Assembly: GCF_964355755.1 (NCBI RefSeq)
Contig: NC_092676.1
Coordinates: 22,214,871-22,278,870 of the forward strand
DNA: 64,000 nt
Origin: Antedon mediterranea
Taxonomy: Eukaryota > Animalia > Echinodermata
Direction: 5' to 3'
Part shown: one piece after another, positions 10,301 to 24,783 of the stretch
How the letters are laid out: each line of letters begins with the position of its first letter
Numbering within the stretch: position 1 is the stretch's first letter
The notes under the pieces: generated by a model
Told to the model about the DNA's origin: nothing
The model's input: the letters and a program-made list of their open reading frames with translations, nothing else
Databases searched by the model: none
Position numbers and translations under genes: made by a program

Positions 10301-13300
10301 ATGATGTCCAGTGAACCTGAAAACAATCAAACCCATCACAAGACATGATGTCCAGTGAACCTGAAAACAATCAAACCCATCACAAGACATGATGTCCAGT
10401 GAACCTGAAAACAATCAAACCCATCACAAGACATGATGTCCAGTGAACCTGAGGCCAACAAGTGCCTATATTTCCAGAAAGGTTACAGACAAACTTTCAA
10501 ATACATAATAAAACATTTATAAATAGCGTACCGGTACTTTCTTAACCAATCCATAACATTACCGAAAGCCAGTATAAAACATACCTCCATTAGGAAAGTA
10601 AAATGCTCTCTGTCCACTGCTGGACTCCCTCTAGCTGCAGGGTACTCCCAGTCGAGATCAAGCCCGTCAAAGTTCCTATCTCGCAGAAATCTAATAGAAG
10701 TTTCAATAAAGTGAGCGCGGTTAGCACTGGTAGACACCATCGTAGAGAACTTTGCTACTCCAAAATTCCATCCACCGACAGCCAGGACAACCTTCAGTTT
10801 TGTGTTTTGACGTTTTAATTGAATCACCTATGAGAAGTAAATTAATTCATTACATTTTGATGACATAGATAGTTTTGCTATTGCTGAATATTTGTATGCA
10901 ATTTTTACTTGGCAAAAATAGAATTTTGCTAAGTAAATAGTACATACTTGCTTCGTTTTTTTCACGATAACGTCAACAATTGTTAAGTTTGCTTCCAGAT
11001 TTGCTAGATAGTAGGTATATATTTACAGTTATTGATTTTCAGAAAAAATCATTATATTTGTGACGGCACAAATGCTTAGTAAAATCTCGAGTTCTTTTTA
11101 TCTTTAATGGGCCGAAAAAATAAGTGCACGCCCTCTGTTGCTCTCTTTATTTTGCCAAGTATTTCGCTCAGAGCTAAAAATGTTTTTTTTAAGAGTTTGT
11201 CCTACCTTAGAGTACATTCCCTGAGACCATGTAGTGTTATCATCGTTCCATTCATACGGAATAAGTTCATTATTGGAATTCATGTTAGCAAATGAGTAGA
11301 CGATGTGTGTACACAAGAATGGATCGATATCTTTTGGAAGAAACTTTGCAGGTCCTGGACGATACTGAGCCCAATTCGTGTGGTAACATATCCTGTTGTA
11401 CGCAGATGCCAGATCTGAAAATGTTAATATAATCTGTTGTATGCAACCTGCTGAATGAGAATCCGAACATACAACTTTAGTGGTGTATTCGAGATAGCCC
11501 TTAGCGTTTGTTCAATCTGAAATTGTTTTCTATAGGCCTAGAGGCCTCTTGGTTTGTTTCACTTGAGTTTTGATCTCAAAGAAGTAGCCCTGTGTTATCT
11601 TTTAAAACATACATCTTCTAGAGGAATCCGTTCTGAGTGTCTGGAGTAAAGCTATAAGCTTAACACTTGTGTTGATAATGACCGATCGTCCTTTAATGGA
11701 ATCTAGATTGTGAACTGAAGATGGGTTTTCGGAAAAACGGTTCACAAAGTCGATATATTCCACCGAATAATAACATTGTTAGAAGTGACATTTAACTAAG
11801 ACTTTCCTACGGTTTACCATTTGACATTTACCGTTTTACTAGGATACAGTAGTACAGTAGCTAACTAACGGATGTCAAAAGTTCACAAACGTAGCAATTA
11901 TGATTAATTTAAACTCACACCTTGTTAAACTGGTAATAACAGGATACACTATTACTAAGTCTTACTGTTTCTAAACCACATAAACCTCACTGATTATGAT
12001 TTCTTTCTGAATTCAAAGGTTTTGACACAAGTGTGTGTTTCCACTAGGTATTTATTGGATTAAGAATAACACCTTATTTTGTTGAATTTACTTTTTGTGA
12101 AGGTTTTTTTTACAAAACAGATTATAAGATAAGATAAGCCTACCCGAACTGATTTAAGCATTGGTATGCCGAATATTAAAAAATCGGTATTAAAACGTAT
12201 TATTGTTTTTCTTATTAAAAGTAAAACGGCAAGGGCAAGAAATTGGGCGTGATGTCAAGGCGTGATCGAAACCTGGTCTATGTTGACATGATTTTCTCTC
12301 ATTGCGTCGTCCTTCGGATTGAACGTTAAGTCATTGTTACGTGGTTCGTGTTCACGATCAAGAAAGATTGTCCATTGTCCATATTACCGAAACAATCAGA
12401 TGCCCAATCACAACGCACAATTTTTCCTCCAGGTCAAAGGCTAAAAATTATCGCATTTATCCGATAATTATCCGATTTGAATGAGATAATTATCGGTTAA
12501 TTTTTCTCGAGTAGAATCGGTTAAACCCCGTTTCCACAGGCAGTTTATCGGTTAATTATGGGTTAATTTTTATGTGGAAACACGAAACGAAAAAAAAAAA
12601 ACTGAGAAACATTAATTTACTTTAATCGACGAACCAATATTAAACTCACTGTTTTATAGTATTTTCTAAATATTTTAGTACGTAGTCTATAAACTATCAA
12701 ATGTTAACTTTCTAAACTGGAATTTAAAAAACATACCTGAACAACAAATGATAATAGCAAAAATTAATGAAGCAGTCGCAACATACTGTAAAACAAAGAT
12801 TGAAAACAAAATGTAACATTAGAAAACAAAACTGAGGATTACTTTACTTTGTATGTATTCAAATAGAGATTGTAGTAAAATTAGTTTTTTGAAAAATATG
12901 GCTTTATAAAGCTAAAATACATAATTCCGAATTATTTCTTTTAAACCATATTCAAATTAATAAATAAACCGCTTTAACATAGGAAAAAATGATAGCAAAT
13001 ACATATAGGTAGGCCTAATGCATATACCGTAACCTGTGCAAATCCCACTAAAGCGTGGTTCCCACTAGCGACGCAACACAAGAACGTAACGCAACGCAAG
13101 TGAATTGACCAATCACAAGCGATGGCTTATTCGCTTGTGATTGCTAACTGTCTATAACTTCGCTTGTCATTGGTAAAAACGCTTGCGTTGCGTTGCGTTT
13201 ACGTTCTTGCGTTACGTTCTAGTGGGAACCAAGCTTTAGTGATTGTGTATCTAGTAAGCCCATAGTAGTATTTCAAATCGTTAAGAGAAGTTTTCAGTTT

Positions 13301-13688
13301 GGAGAAAGTTTACGCTACTGATACAGGCTTGGTTCTCACTAGAAACGCAACGTAAACACTACGTACATGCAACGCAAATAGTTTGACCAGTCACCAGTGG
13401 TCAAACTAATTGTACGTTGCTGCGTTGCCTTCAAGTGAGAATTGAACATATCATAAGAATTTATGTTTTCAGAAAATTGTTTATTGAATGTGGATATTTT
13501 CCTATGTTGTAGACCTATGTAGCCCAGCCCAGTCCCTTTGTCCCGTATTCTTGAAAGCGGACTAATTTGGTCCAGGCTAATGTTGAAACAGCATTCTTGA
13601 CTATCTATAGTCCTGGAATAACCGGGACTAGTTGAATAGTCTCTTGTAGTAAAAACAAAACTTCCTCACTCACCTGTTTAGCTACCAT
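7395..13688 (-). CDS. Secreted GH18 chitinase (chitotriosidase/AMCase-like) with Thr/Pro-rich linker and three CBM14 chitin-binding domains
   Basis: Exons ~13674-13688 (MVAKQ), 12737-12785 (signal peptide), 11206-11414 ([11 protein letters not shown]...CTHIVYSFA), 10585-10827 ([11 protein letters not shown] intact), 9933-10040, 9637-9751 (YDLHGSW), 9329-9538, 8942-9061, 8174-8663, 7395-8003 (3 x six-Cys modules). Confidence 0.93.
8325..8462 (-). repeat. 42-bp coding tandem repeat ([14 protein letters not shown] x3) in the chitinase linker
   Basis: Directly visible in the DNA and in the ORF translation. Confidence 0.9.
10102..10452. repeat. 44-bp minisatellite, 8 copies, in a chitinase intron
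   Basis: Unit AACAATCAAACCCATCACAAGACATGATGTCCAGTGAACCTGAA, head-to-tail and nearly identical. Confidence 0.95.
13051..13235. mobile_element. MITE (AGCnTGGTTCCCACTAG TIRs), PIF/Harbinger-like
   Basis: TIRs with subterminal ACGCAA repeats, flanked by TAA/TTA. Near-identical inverted copy at 60399-60577. Degenerate relatives at ~9116-9200, 13326-13440 and 53190-53280. Confidence 0.8.
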
Positions 13689-13751
13689 TGTTGGTCTCCT
13701 GTTATTTCTTCTTCGTTCCAAACTTACTACAGGTACTCAGACGTTTAGACG

Positions 13752-13799
13752 TTTATTTATAGTAAGTTATAACAAAACGTATTGATCCCATTGACGTCA
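13752..13799 (-). promoter_or_regulatory. Putative chitinase promoter: TATA box plus CRE-like palindrome
   Basis: Minus-strand CTATAAATAAA at 13752-13762, ~70 bp upstream of the ATG. TGACGTCA at 13792-13799. Confidence 0.45.
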
Positions 13800-16700
13800 C
13801 AAATTATGTAACACTATTTATAAATAGTGGCAAGCCTGACCACCCAGTTGCTACCTACTCCGCCACAGTTTGTGACTAATACCACCTTTGTTTGGAGTTT
13901 CGTATCGACTGCATTTCACTGATTAAATCCATATTTAGTAATGCCATATGGTCATTAGGCAAACCACTGGATTAAGATGTATAAATAGTCATAGGCGCAA
14001 ATCATGATTTTATCACTGATTCAGAGAAGCGTGTCACTTATTGTAGAATAAAGATTAAAATTATTTATTACAAAGATCGATTTAAAAAAAAACTAACCCA
14101 ATAAAATAAATAAATATTCGATTCAAAATATGTATTAATTGTTTAGGATTTCACCGTACTGTATCTGTAACCTCCAGGACAGGCTCTTAAATTAGGTTAG
14201 GGAGGTGAGTACGTAGCTATGCTTGAGATTGAGACCGGTCAGACACCCTTCACTCATTTATTAGGCCTATACTGGCTTTTTTAGGAAAAAATAGTTAGTT
14301 TACATTTCCTATTTGTACTTAGGGCATCCTTAGTTTGGTTTAGTTTTTGTTTGATTAGTTGTTATTCCTTTTTACATGGTTCGTGAACTTTTCAGTCCAC
14401 CACTGCCATACTTGTAGGCCTATGTATAGCCTGATGACCTCTGTTAGTTTCTTACTTCTGTATCTTCAATGAAGTACACAGACGTTAGGCGTATGATGAT
14501 TATAATTTAGTATAGAAAACCAACGAAAGTGACTGAATAATTGTATTGAATTTAGTAGGATTATTAGATTTTTAACGTTGTGGTTTTGAGACTAACCCAG
14601 ATTACCTGATGCACCCCTTAACCTAAAAATGGAAAAACCATTTAATATGTTTAATCGTTATAATCTAGGCAGGTGACTAATGTAATTCATCTGAACAATG
14701 CATGCGTTTTTGTAAGGCTTAACATAGGCGTAACTGTGGCTATTTTTTTTACACGAAACGCATTGGTTAAAAATATTAAGTCGTGTGTTTATCGCAATTA
14801 TAGTTAGGCCTAAATATTGGCCTATCTTACAACTTAAAATATATTTATTTTTTGTTTTATATTATTCTACTACTGATATGATGATTATATATTACTAAGG
14901 AATTAAAAAAATATATATTGTGTTTACTTTCTCAATATATTAGTTTTGTTATGATTCATTATCGGGGTGTGATTAGCGATTCCAATCATGCAGTAACGTT
15001 GGATTATAGCAAAATAATAGTATAGGCATACTGTTCCCCCTTTAGAGGCAATAAACTGAAAAATATATTTGACAAATTTATACAAAATATTAGTGTTTTA
15101 ATCAGAAAAGCTATGACGCCACTAGTTGCTAACTTCATTTGGTATACTTTCATATTACTAATTGAGAGTAGGAAGAAAACTGGCTTCATTAACTTTATGT
15201 TATTGTCCTGGCAGTAAATCGTTTCTTTTATTTATTATACTTGAGTATATTGTTTATGTTTTCAAACATGCAGTCTCTGACGTAATTTATTTCTATTTTA
15301 AGAACTATTGTCACAATAGGAATTATCCTCTGTCTACTCTAGAGTATCAAAACCGAAAGGTCTAATAATTAATTTAAAGTAAGAAAGTATATATGTAATC
15401 AAACTGTCCCTGTAGTGCTTGCCAATCACATTATTCAAGAAACAGATAAGCTGAAGAAAACTCATTTGACGAAAATATGTATTTTTGTCCTCATTTTAAC
15501 TGGAATCCCGGACACCCGTCATTCCTGGATGCGCACGCGGTAAGTTTTAAAAGCTTCATTTCGCGCTCGCGGCGCTGAAAATGTTCAATCAACAATAACA
15601 ATAAATTACAACCAAACAATTTTAATAATTTAATTTAGAACTATACACAGACGTTAAATACACAATTATACATTGGGCCTACAGCATTACAAAACAATGC
15701 AAAACTATCTGTACTAAAACAGTAGATATATACCATTGTGCTGTTTGAAGGTGAAGAAACAATCGCTGTAGGGAACGGTAAATTATGCTTAGTAGGTTTA
15801 GGCCTACTACACAATTTGAGAATAAGAAATGTAACCTTCTTTCAACCTGTATGCAAAGCTGTTCCCGCTCTTGAAGTTTTCCGTAATTTTTGCAATTCTG
15901 TTTATGGTTTCCTTAGACTACAGTAATAATACAAGTCATTACCATAGGCCTTACATGACGTTTAACATTCATATTATAGTCTATCGGCACTATATAGCTC
16001 GCAATTAACCAAGAAGTGTACGCTAACCGACCGAACGAATTGGTCAATGGAATTAAATAAAATACTTAATACGCATGCGTGAGTTTTGTAACCAAACATA
16101 AAATCCGACCGATGACAAGAGACTATTAAGTATGTACAATCTGCTCCCTTTTAAAATTCCCGGGATTGTTGCCATTACTATAGCGTCGCCACTCACTTTC
16201 TGGGTAATTTAATACAATCAGCGGATCACTCAGCAGGAAATAAAATGGCATTTAATGCGGTAGTAACTAAACTATCAACACCTACAGTTACTACAATAAG
16301 ATTTAATATGAACATTTACGATCAAGATCTTGCGTACACTATAAACAACCTATTACCATCGTATACCAAACGTCTGACCAAACAATATAATAATACATCA
16401 CACGGATAGAGTGCACATCCGGGTTTAGTTAACGTTGTAACGCATGATTTACTGTTACTGTAACTTGCAATCTGGAGGTATGTCATCATTTTATGATAGA
16501 CTTATTATGTATTTTCCGCTTAGGCCTAAAATTTTGTGAACTTCTTATACTCCCTTCAACATGAAACAATTCCTGGATACTTCGCTGGCCTTTTGGTGCT
16601 GATGTATTCACTGTGAATGTCTGTATCTTAGCTTATATCTAAAGACAATTTTAGGCCTGAATGTATATATATATATACAATTTGAACAAGATACTTTACG

Positions 16701-16986
16701 GTACATCGAATATTCTATGAAAATTAATGTCACCTTAATAGTCAATTATGTCCTTGAGTAAGGGTGCCCCAAAGGAATCTACTGTAATATTCATGATTAA
16801 ACGATAAGCAAGTTGTGGTTACATTGAACACGCTAATAAAAATGAACATTTAATGCGATGAAAATTAACTTATTATGCTAAGTAATAACATTCACAATAA
16901 GTTTTACTAAACATAATGCGATGGACATTACAGCAATTAATTACTATCTACGCACAACGTACAGTACTCTCCACGATGATTTTTTT

Positions 16987-17220
16987 ACACCATATTTAAT
17001 GAGGGTGATCTACCCAGCAATTGCTGATCATTAGGGACCCTCAGAGGTTCACAAGACAAACATTACACAAGATGCTCTACATAAACAAAGTCTTATTACA
17101 AGTCTTGGGAGGGGAGTTGTAATTTTGTCCTTAGAAGAAATCCTGACATGTGACGAGACTTAAACCCAGGACCCTTGGAGTGGTAGCCAACCATCATAAC
17201 CACCAAGCCACAACTCCGAA
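16987..17220 (-). mobile_element. tRNA-derived SINE
   Basis: Head with TGGCTTGGTGG (A box) and GGTTTAAGTC (B-box-like). The tail CACCCTCATTAAATATGGTGT(A)n is shared with the SINEs at 1697 and 2342. Confidence 0.65.
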
Positions 17221-17323
17221 TCACCAGTAACTTGCAATTACACTGCCAGTAACAAACGTTTCAGTGTTAGGCCCTCGTTGATCAAAGTAACTTTGAATTA
17301 TCATTTTTAGTCAGGTTTACAAC

Positions 17324-20300
17324 TTATTTCTTCTTGACCGAAACTTCTCGATCCGACTGTCCAGATTTGTAATCAGTAGACCTGGTCTTGTTGGATGACG
17401 TTCGGTTGGTTCCGCCTTTCATAAGCTTAAATACACGTTGATTGCACACAAAAAATACAAAGAAAAATACACCCTGTAAGGAGTTAACAAAAACATACAC
17501 GTACCAGATGACAGTTGAGCCGGTAATCGCTGCAAGGAATCCAAAGATCCACGACATACCCATTAATGTTGACAACTGAAAGCAAAAAGATCCAAATTCT
17601 AAAAAATATTCATTGGAAAAATGTTTAAGGCTCATCTACATATGGTATTTTTAATTTTCATTTTTAAACAAAGTATAGGCTCCTGATTTTTAAACAAATT
17701 ATATTGTTTATTGTAGAATATAAACATTTGCAACAACATTGTAATTGATAATAACCTCAATTTGTTTCCGACTGTGGTGAAGCAAAATAGTGCCTCGAAA
17801 ACATTGACTCTCATTGATGTATTTGTTTTCCTTTTGAATAAGAAAGTATAAAAATCGAATCAACGGGAATATCTTATATAATAATAATATACAACAGAAA
17901 CTTTAAAACGGTAGTCTCACAGTTTTCATTTCTAAACGAAAAAAAAATACCTTAGCATAGATGATCAGCTCTTCAAATCTCGACTTCGTTTTAGTATTGT
18001 TGTTCTGAATCGTTTTGGTTACTTGTTTCGTCCTCCTGATCGAAATTACTGTCATAATAAAGAAAACCACGTTCATTGACAATGTAAGAGCAACTGGGCC
18101 TCCGAATGCTATGAGATTCATTGTACCATTGCCAATGATACAGACGTCACTGTTACCATAATACATATCAAGATCAAGTGAAGATTGGATCAGACCTAAG
18201 CAGACACCAACGATCACTGCTGGCGAACCCCAGGCATAGACAGAATACAGGATCAGAGTGTTGCGTTTACGATGAGCATTCTGCGGTGAACCCTTGAAGG
18301 TAAACGTACGGCGGACATCAAATGAGAGGACATTCATCCAAAAGAATGACGCCAGCCAGAAGTAATGTTGCAAGATAGCAACAATCTTGCACATGTTTCT
18401 ATGTTGTGTCTGACCAGATCCAAAAAAGAAGATTAAAAGTGCCAAGAATAACGCAACGATGAGGTTCATAACAGACTTTCCAGGTAAGGTACGTAGCGCT
18501 TTGAATCGACAATATAAGATGAAGGTTATAAGCAAAGCTGCGAGAGACATAGAAATAAATATTCGGGTTAAGAAGCCCTGCAGTGCCTCGTGATCAATCC
18601 CATCAACTTCTATGTATTCATTTTGCTGACATACTAAAATGCTTCCATTCTTTAAGTAAACGTGACTCGATGGACCATATATGATTTCGGAATGGATATG
18701 TACAATGTGACCTGTTTTCTTAGGATGTAGATGGAAACTGTTGGCTGGATGGACTTCATGGGGGCATGTTAGATTAGACTCTGAGCTGTTCCTGCAAACA
18801 CGGTTGTCGAGTGGCATACTGTATGCCTGCTTATGTGTATCAAAATGGAAACTATACCGCCAATGTATATCGTGTATTCCAGAATAGGTCTGGTTTAGAC
18901 TTTCTGGGTTAATACTCGTATCGTAGCATATGTCACGTGGCACGTTGTAACACAAGTGCATCACCTCAATGAAGGAGATGTTGCAAAAGAGATCGCCTTT
19001 GTCAGTACCAAGAAATGCTTCTTCCAAGAATGATTTGTATTCTCTTGGTAGAGATGAGTTTACTTCAACTATCTGCATATTCACGTTGAAACAATTATCG
19101 TTCCTGCATTTTGATATGTTTAAAATATACTTCTCGTTTATGTTGAGATTTTTTGTGAGACAAGTATTTGACGACGTCAGATTCTCTGTTGTCACAAAAT
19201 CAATTAATAACGAAGAGCTCTCACATGTAGGAAATATTTGTTTGGCCGTCAGAGAGCGACAGATTTCTTCAAATGGGTCGTATATTTCGTCGTTTTTGCA
19301 CGAACTCGCTTGAGGTAAAATAACATAATCATCACTCTGTACTTGAACATTGTCATTGCCACTTGAGAAATCAAAAAGTACTGACAACGATTTAGTTTTA
19401 GGGGAAATAACAGCAATACCAAAACCAACACTCACGATGTTAGGTCCAGCTTCATCGACTATACTCGAACAGTTGATGTTTTCAATGTCCATATTATTAC
19501 ATGAAACACAGTGAGGATTTTTATACTTTTTTCCGTTGATATTAACCATAGCCGAGTAACCTTGGCACTTTCGAGCTTCTTCGGAGTCCGCAGAATACGT
19601 GTCTGCACAAGAACTGATGACGTCGACGTCACATCTCACTGCCAAAGATGCACGTGATCTGTATTCTACAGAACATTCGTTCCCGATGTTTTTAAGTGTT
19701 GTTATATTTGATGTTTGATTGCATTGTAGCGTGACTTCCCATGTTATGACGTTCTCTTTATTGACGTAGTTACACATCGCACAGTATACGTTCTTATAAT
19801 GGATGATGCCGTTAGGGCCAGACACTGGCAGGTTTCTAAGAATATCGTTCGGGTTTGCAGATTCCTTGCACATAGCCTTTATGGAAGAATCAAACCAGGT
19901 GGCGTTGCAAACATTGACAAGGTAGACCGATTCTGCCGGGGTTGTCTTGACGCAGACAGATGCCATCTCAAGAGGCGTATCTAAAGATCGATTATTCTCG
20001 TGGAGATAGTCGATGCAGCAGGAACCAACGCGTAAGCATCGTTCTTCGCATTCGCATTTTGGATCAAGGTCACGCTCAGGCACGTCGCAGAAGTGACGTT
20101 GAGGGCAAAGAAATACATCTTGACCCCTGACGTTTACTGTTGAAAAAACAAGAATATTAAACAAATTAGTAAATGCATTTATTTTTACCATGACCAAATC
20201 TTACGTTGGTTAAGCCTGGGTTAATTGGTAGGTAAGAATAACCGAAAGTTCGCATTAGTTCATTGGACACAAGTTCCATACATCACATTAGACCACCGAG

Positions 20301-23300
20301 GTTACGCTGAATGTTATGGGTAGATTCGACCAAGCCCAAAAAGTATGCAGCGGGTACGTATTACCTATCATGCCGATTGTGGAATGATCTCTGGTTTTGG
20401 GTTAACTTTGTGATGTTTTAAACTCAATGTTGTAGACAAATGAGAGGAAAATAATGAATATGTACGTTAAAAAATGTCGCTTATCAATGAATTGATTTGC
20501 ATTTCCAAATTTCAACAGTGCTGTATCTCCATATATGGCAATATTCTAGTAGTATAGGCAAAGTCCGTACTACAGAATCTCATGTTATCACGTGTGTTGC
20601 CTGCACCATAAAAAGGTTATGGTTCGGTTATGATCTATGTCACATATGACACGCGTATTATTCTGAATCACGGAATTTGTCAAGATACTGACAACTTTAG
20701 ATACAGTGTCAAGAATCGACTAGACTACAGTACTAGCCAGCTGTGCTCCTAATTTTTTTATCCTTAACACATATGCACACAATTGTATTACAATGGCAGT
20801 TTCGATTGGATATTAAAGGACTACCGCTTCTAAGTACAGTTTAACATTGTTAACATGAATTAATTGTATTTGAAGAATAGTAATTGTTTAAAGTTGGTAT
20901 TTAAAAATCGATACAATACCGCAACACTGACAGTTAACATACATACAAGCAAACACGACATTGATATACTCTTGAGGTTGAGCAACTTTCACGGATAATA
21001 AATCTGTTATCACAAAAAATGACGAATGATTATTTTACGTTGGTATTTCAAATCAGCGCATGCAAAAATGTATAAGCCTACTCCTTGACATTTAGCAATT
21101 TTGATGATGAATATTATCAACCCTACTAAATATAAATAAACTCTCTGAATTGATATTATTATATATATAGATAAATGTAAATTATACTAGTTATTTTACT
21201 CAATTTAAAGATGTTACAATCATCTCCTCCCTGATTTAAATTTACTCAATTTCATGTAAATTTTCACTGAAAGCTTGAATTGTGTGCATTAATTGTATTC
21301 CTTCTCGGTTTGATTATTTACCTGGAAAAAAAAACTGTAATTTAACGCTAAAAAAAGTTAATTTGAACCGAAATCCAGGGGTTTTGATTGAGTTCAACCG
21401 TTTATTTTGTCTTTTTAGAAGTGGAAACATTGTTTTTTAATTTGTTTTTCAACAAGTGATTAACATTATTAAAACTACTACTATTAAAGTATTTTTTTAA
21501 TTAGGCTTCAATTTTCATGTTTTTGGGGGACAGCATACATCTTTACTTGGTTGTTGAACAATATTATGTACCTACATTTTATTTATGATTACATTATTTT
21601 CAAAGAAAATAAAAGACCTTATTGCCATTTTTAAACGAACAATGAATAAAATTTACCCATGTGATTTTATTCCATTATAGATTATTTTTAAAACATGACA
21701 ACATAAGAACGTTATTTATAAAAGATGACAACATATAGAAAAGGTAGCCTAAATTGCTTGTGACATCCGGTAGGTCAAAGTGTAGCAGCACACTAATGTA
21801 GGAAGCATCATAAACGTTAAACTTATTGATGACACGAACTGTATACAATTAAGTACTAATTTTACCTACAGGACGGTCTGTTGAACTTGTATGATAGTCC
21901 ATTAAGAGATGACGCAATTCAGTGACTTACATAAGGTATTGCTATTACGCATGCGTTGAAACGCTCATATTTTTTTGCACGCGCTGGTCATTTTTTTGTG
22001 CGCATGTGTGTGATACGACACTACTGTATAATATTAGTGTTTAAAACAAAAATAAAAATCAAACGAACATTGACCAAATCACCTCGATTTATTTAGTTAT
22101 TGTACTCCATGAGTATTATTCATTGGCTTTACATTTATGATTACATAAAACAAAACATGAAATGAATATTAATATCAGATAAGATCAGAATTTAATAAAG
22201 GTATTCATTTCCGTAGACAAAAAACAAAAATAATGAATTGACAAAAGAAATTTAAAGTAAACAGACAAATTGACTATCTTTTGCTTTAAATTATTTTTTT
22301 TCGGGTAATAATTTTTTTTTTTCTATCCAATTAATTTTTTTTCATATAGGAAATAACTATGTGACATAACAATTGCATATTCAACAAAATAGAATTTTGA
22401 AAAGGGGACAAAATTATCTTATATAATCGTTTTATCTAAGATTTTTCAACTTCTGTGTTTGTTACTGTAACATACCAAACGATAACTATATTTTAAACTA
22501 CTACCTTAAAACTTATATGGAATATTCGCGAAAGTTTGCCAGCAATAATAATTTAAGCTTGGATATACATTTTTTTTTCGTCGATTAAAATTAACCGGGT
22601 TATTTTTTCTCTGTTAATTTTTCTCTGTACATTTTTATGTAGGCCCTATCGCTAAAAGTACTAATTTCTATCGTAAAATAAAAAAGGTCCTTTTATACAA
22701 TGTAACAGATGGGAAACTAATAATAAACAATAAACAAGTCATAATTTTATCTTAACATAACTTTTAATGTTTATATACTTTTATTGCTTCTTTTTAAACG
22801 TTTGTTGTTTTTATCCGGCACGTTCCATCATATAACCTATTCTCAATCAATCGTACAGGTGTAGGCCTATTGTTAAATAAACTATAGTTAATCAGTTTAT
22901 TTATCACTAATCATAGCAGGAGACTCCGAAACATGTACATATGCGATTATGTAGTAAAAGCCACTAATAAATCGAATATGGTTAGACTAAAAGCAGCTGT
23001 AATTTGTGTGACAACAACTTGTATAATGTACCGTCGTATGCTTGTAAAATATCCGGTGGGTTAAAGTGCACGGGTGTACACTAGGAAACACTTTCAAACG
23101 TAACACGTTAACCTGTTAGAAGTACGTAATGACTATATTAAGGATACCATTATTTTCGTTTCAGTAGCCCAATTCAATTATAAATGTATTTCAAAATGTT
23201 ATTAATATTTAAATAATTATCATATAGGCCTAACCTAAACAAATAATATTTGTAAAAGCAATAAAAAAAAGTTATCACTAAAAATACCGGGTCGATTGCG

Positions 23301-24594
23301 TTTGAGTATTCAGTGGTCGGATATAGTACAAAGAAAGTAGGATGATTTTTTTTATTTTATTAAAAGATTGTATAATGGCGAATATCTACAGAAAAAATCA
23401 TTTTTAGCTAACATTAACACGAGATAATTTAGAAGAAGTTTACATAGAAGAGTATGAACTAAGTAACATAAAATCAATCTATCGCATTCTTTCTGACAAA
23501 AATATATATGCCTACTACCTCTTGCCACGACTTCAAATCTTTGTTTTCCCAACAAAAATGTCTCAATAATTTGGGTTTACGCGTGTTCACATTAGCCCGA
23601 CCTCAAATTGTTGCTTGCAAATCAAAACATGTCTCATTAATACGCGTTTGCATGATTGGAAAGTGTGTGCACTTTGTCAATAACATTAACTTGATCAATT
23701 AATGTTTTATTGAAAATAAAATATATGCTTATTGCTTTAGTCAATTTGGTATTTCTTGCAAGCGGCAATTTCTCTATAATTTAGTTTGTATTGAACTCCC
23801 ATCCAAGCTTTTGTCGTTATTAGATTTGGTAATCATTTTAATATTAATGTTCTCATTTTTAGTTAGCGATATAACAGGCATGGCTGCTCTTTTTCACCTA
23901 AATAATTTACTCAAATTGATATAGAAAAAAAAGAGTTTATGAATGTTTTTATTTATTGTGTCTATTTTCATCAGATACACGTAGGCCTACGGTACTAGAG
24001 GCAATGGGAATCCGAAGTTTCTTGTAATAAAAGAATAAGGAGATCGTAACATAAATGTAGAGATAGCGAAAGAAATTACAATTAAGTTTTGTGTGATTAT
24101 AATTATTATTATACCTAAATTGTTTCCATCCACTGGAGTGAGGTCAAGTTTCTTAACCCACTAGAGTTAGGTGGATTATGTAAGCTGGGAGAGAAGCTCA
24201 AACGTACCCATGCCTTGTGCGATAGTGCTTCTAAATAAGATATATAACGGGGGTTCCACAGTGGTAGATCAAGAATTTTATATACGAGGCCCACTGAAAA
24301 AAATTGTATTATTAAAAGTTAAACTTGGCCTAATATTCTAACTTGTGCACCCTTGTACCCCCACCTTGGATCAGCCTATCTTCCACTGTTAACGGTTAGG
24401 GGGTTAGACCTTGTTTCAATATCTTTCAAACTCAACCAAAACCACTCTAGCTTCCATCCATCCACGATCTTTTGCATGCCCGGTATCAGATTGTAAATTT
24501 GGTTTTACTTACCAGTGTTTGTTGTCGAAGTAACGAACGAACAAAGTACAGTTAGGCCGACTACTAGATAAAAATCAAACTTTAAACTCTTCAT
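17324..24594 (-). CDS. Family-B (Methuselah/adhesion-like) GPCR with Cys-rich, somatomedin-B-like ectodomain, ~839 aa
   Basis: Exons 24513-24594 (signal peptide), 17951-20136 and 17324-17575 splice in frame. CECEERC...CCIDY, YKNVYCAMCN/YKNPHCVSCN repeats, 7TM_2 motifs LRTLPG, HYFWLASFFWM, YAWGSP, LMGMSW, NSLQGVF. Confidence 0.9.
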
Positions 24595-24774
24595 GTCAGC
24601 CAACACAATTAAAACGTATACAGTATTTCTTGGGTGAAATGTAAATGTCTGTTACACGACGTATGCGTCTGGAAAGATCTTCTTCAATGTGTGTACACTA
24701 TTAGTAGCGGAGTTTTTTCATTATACTGAAAGAGTTACACGCACTGGTATAGTAAAACATTGTCTGAGAATTGC

Positions 24775-24783
24775 TTTTATATA
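24775..24783 (-). promoter_or_regulatory. Putative TATA box of the GPCR gene
   Basis: TATATAAAA on the minus strand ~185 bp upstream of the inferred ATG. Confidence 0.35.

Noticed and set aside
10102-10452. Regular 44-bp repeats resembling a CRISPR array
   Set aside because: Units are contiguous with no unique spacers, there are no cas genes, and the repeat lies in a eukaryotic intron.
20755-20780. TCCTTAAC U12 branch-like motif, and ATATCCTTT at ~30014
   Set aside because: Both are on the plus strand, antisense to the local genes, with no matching partner site or exon.
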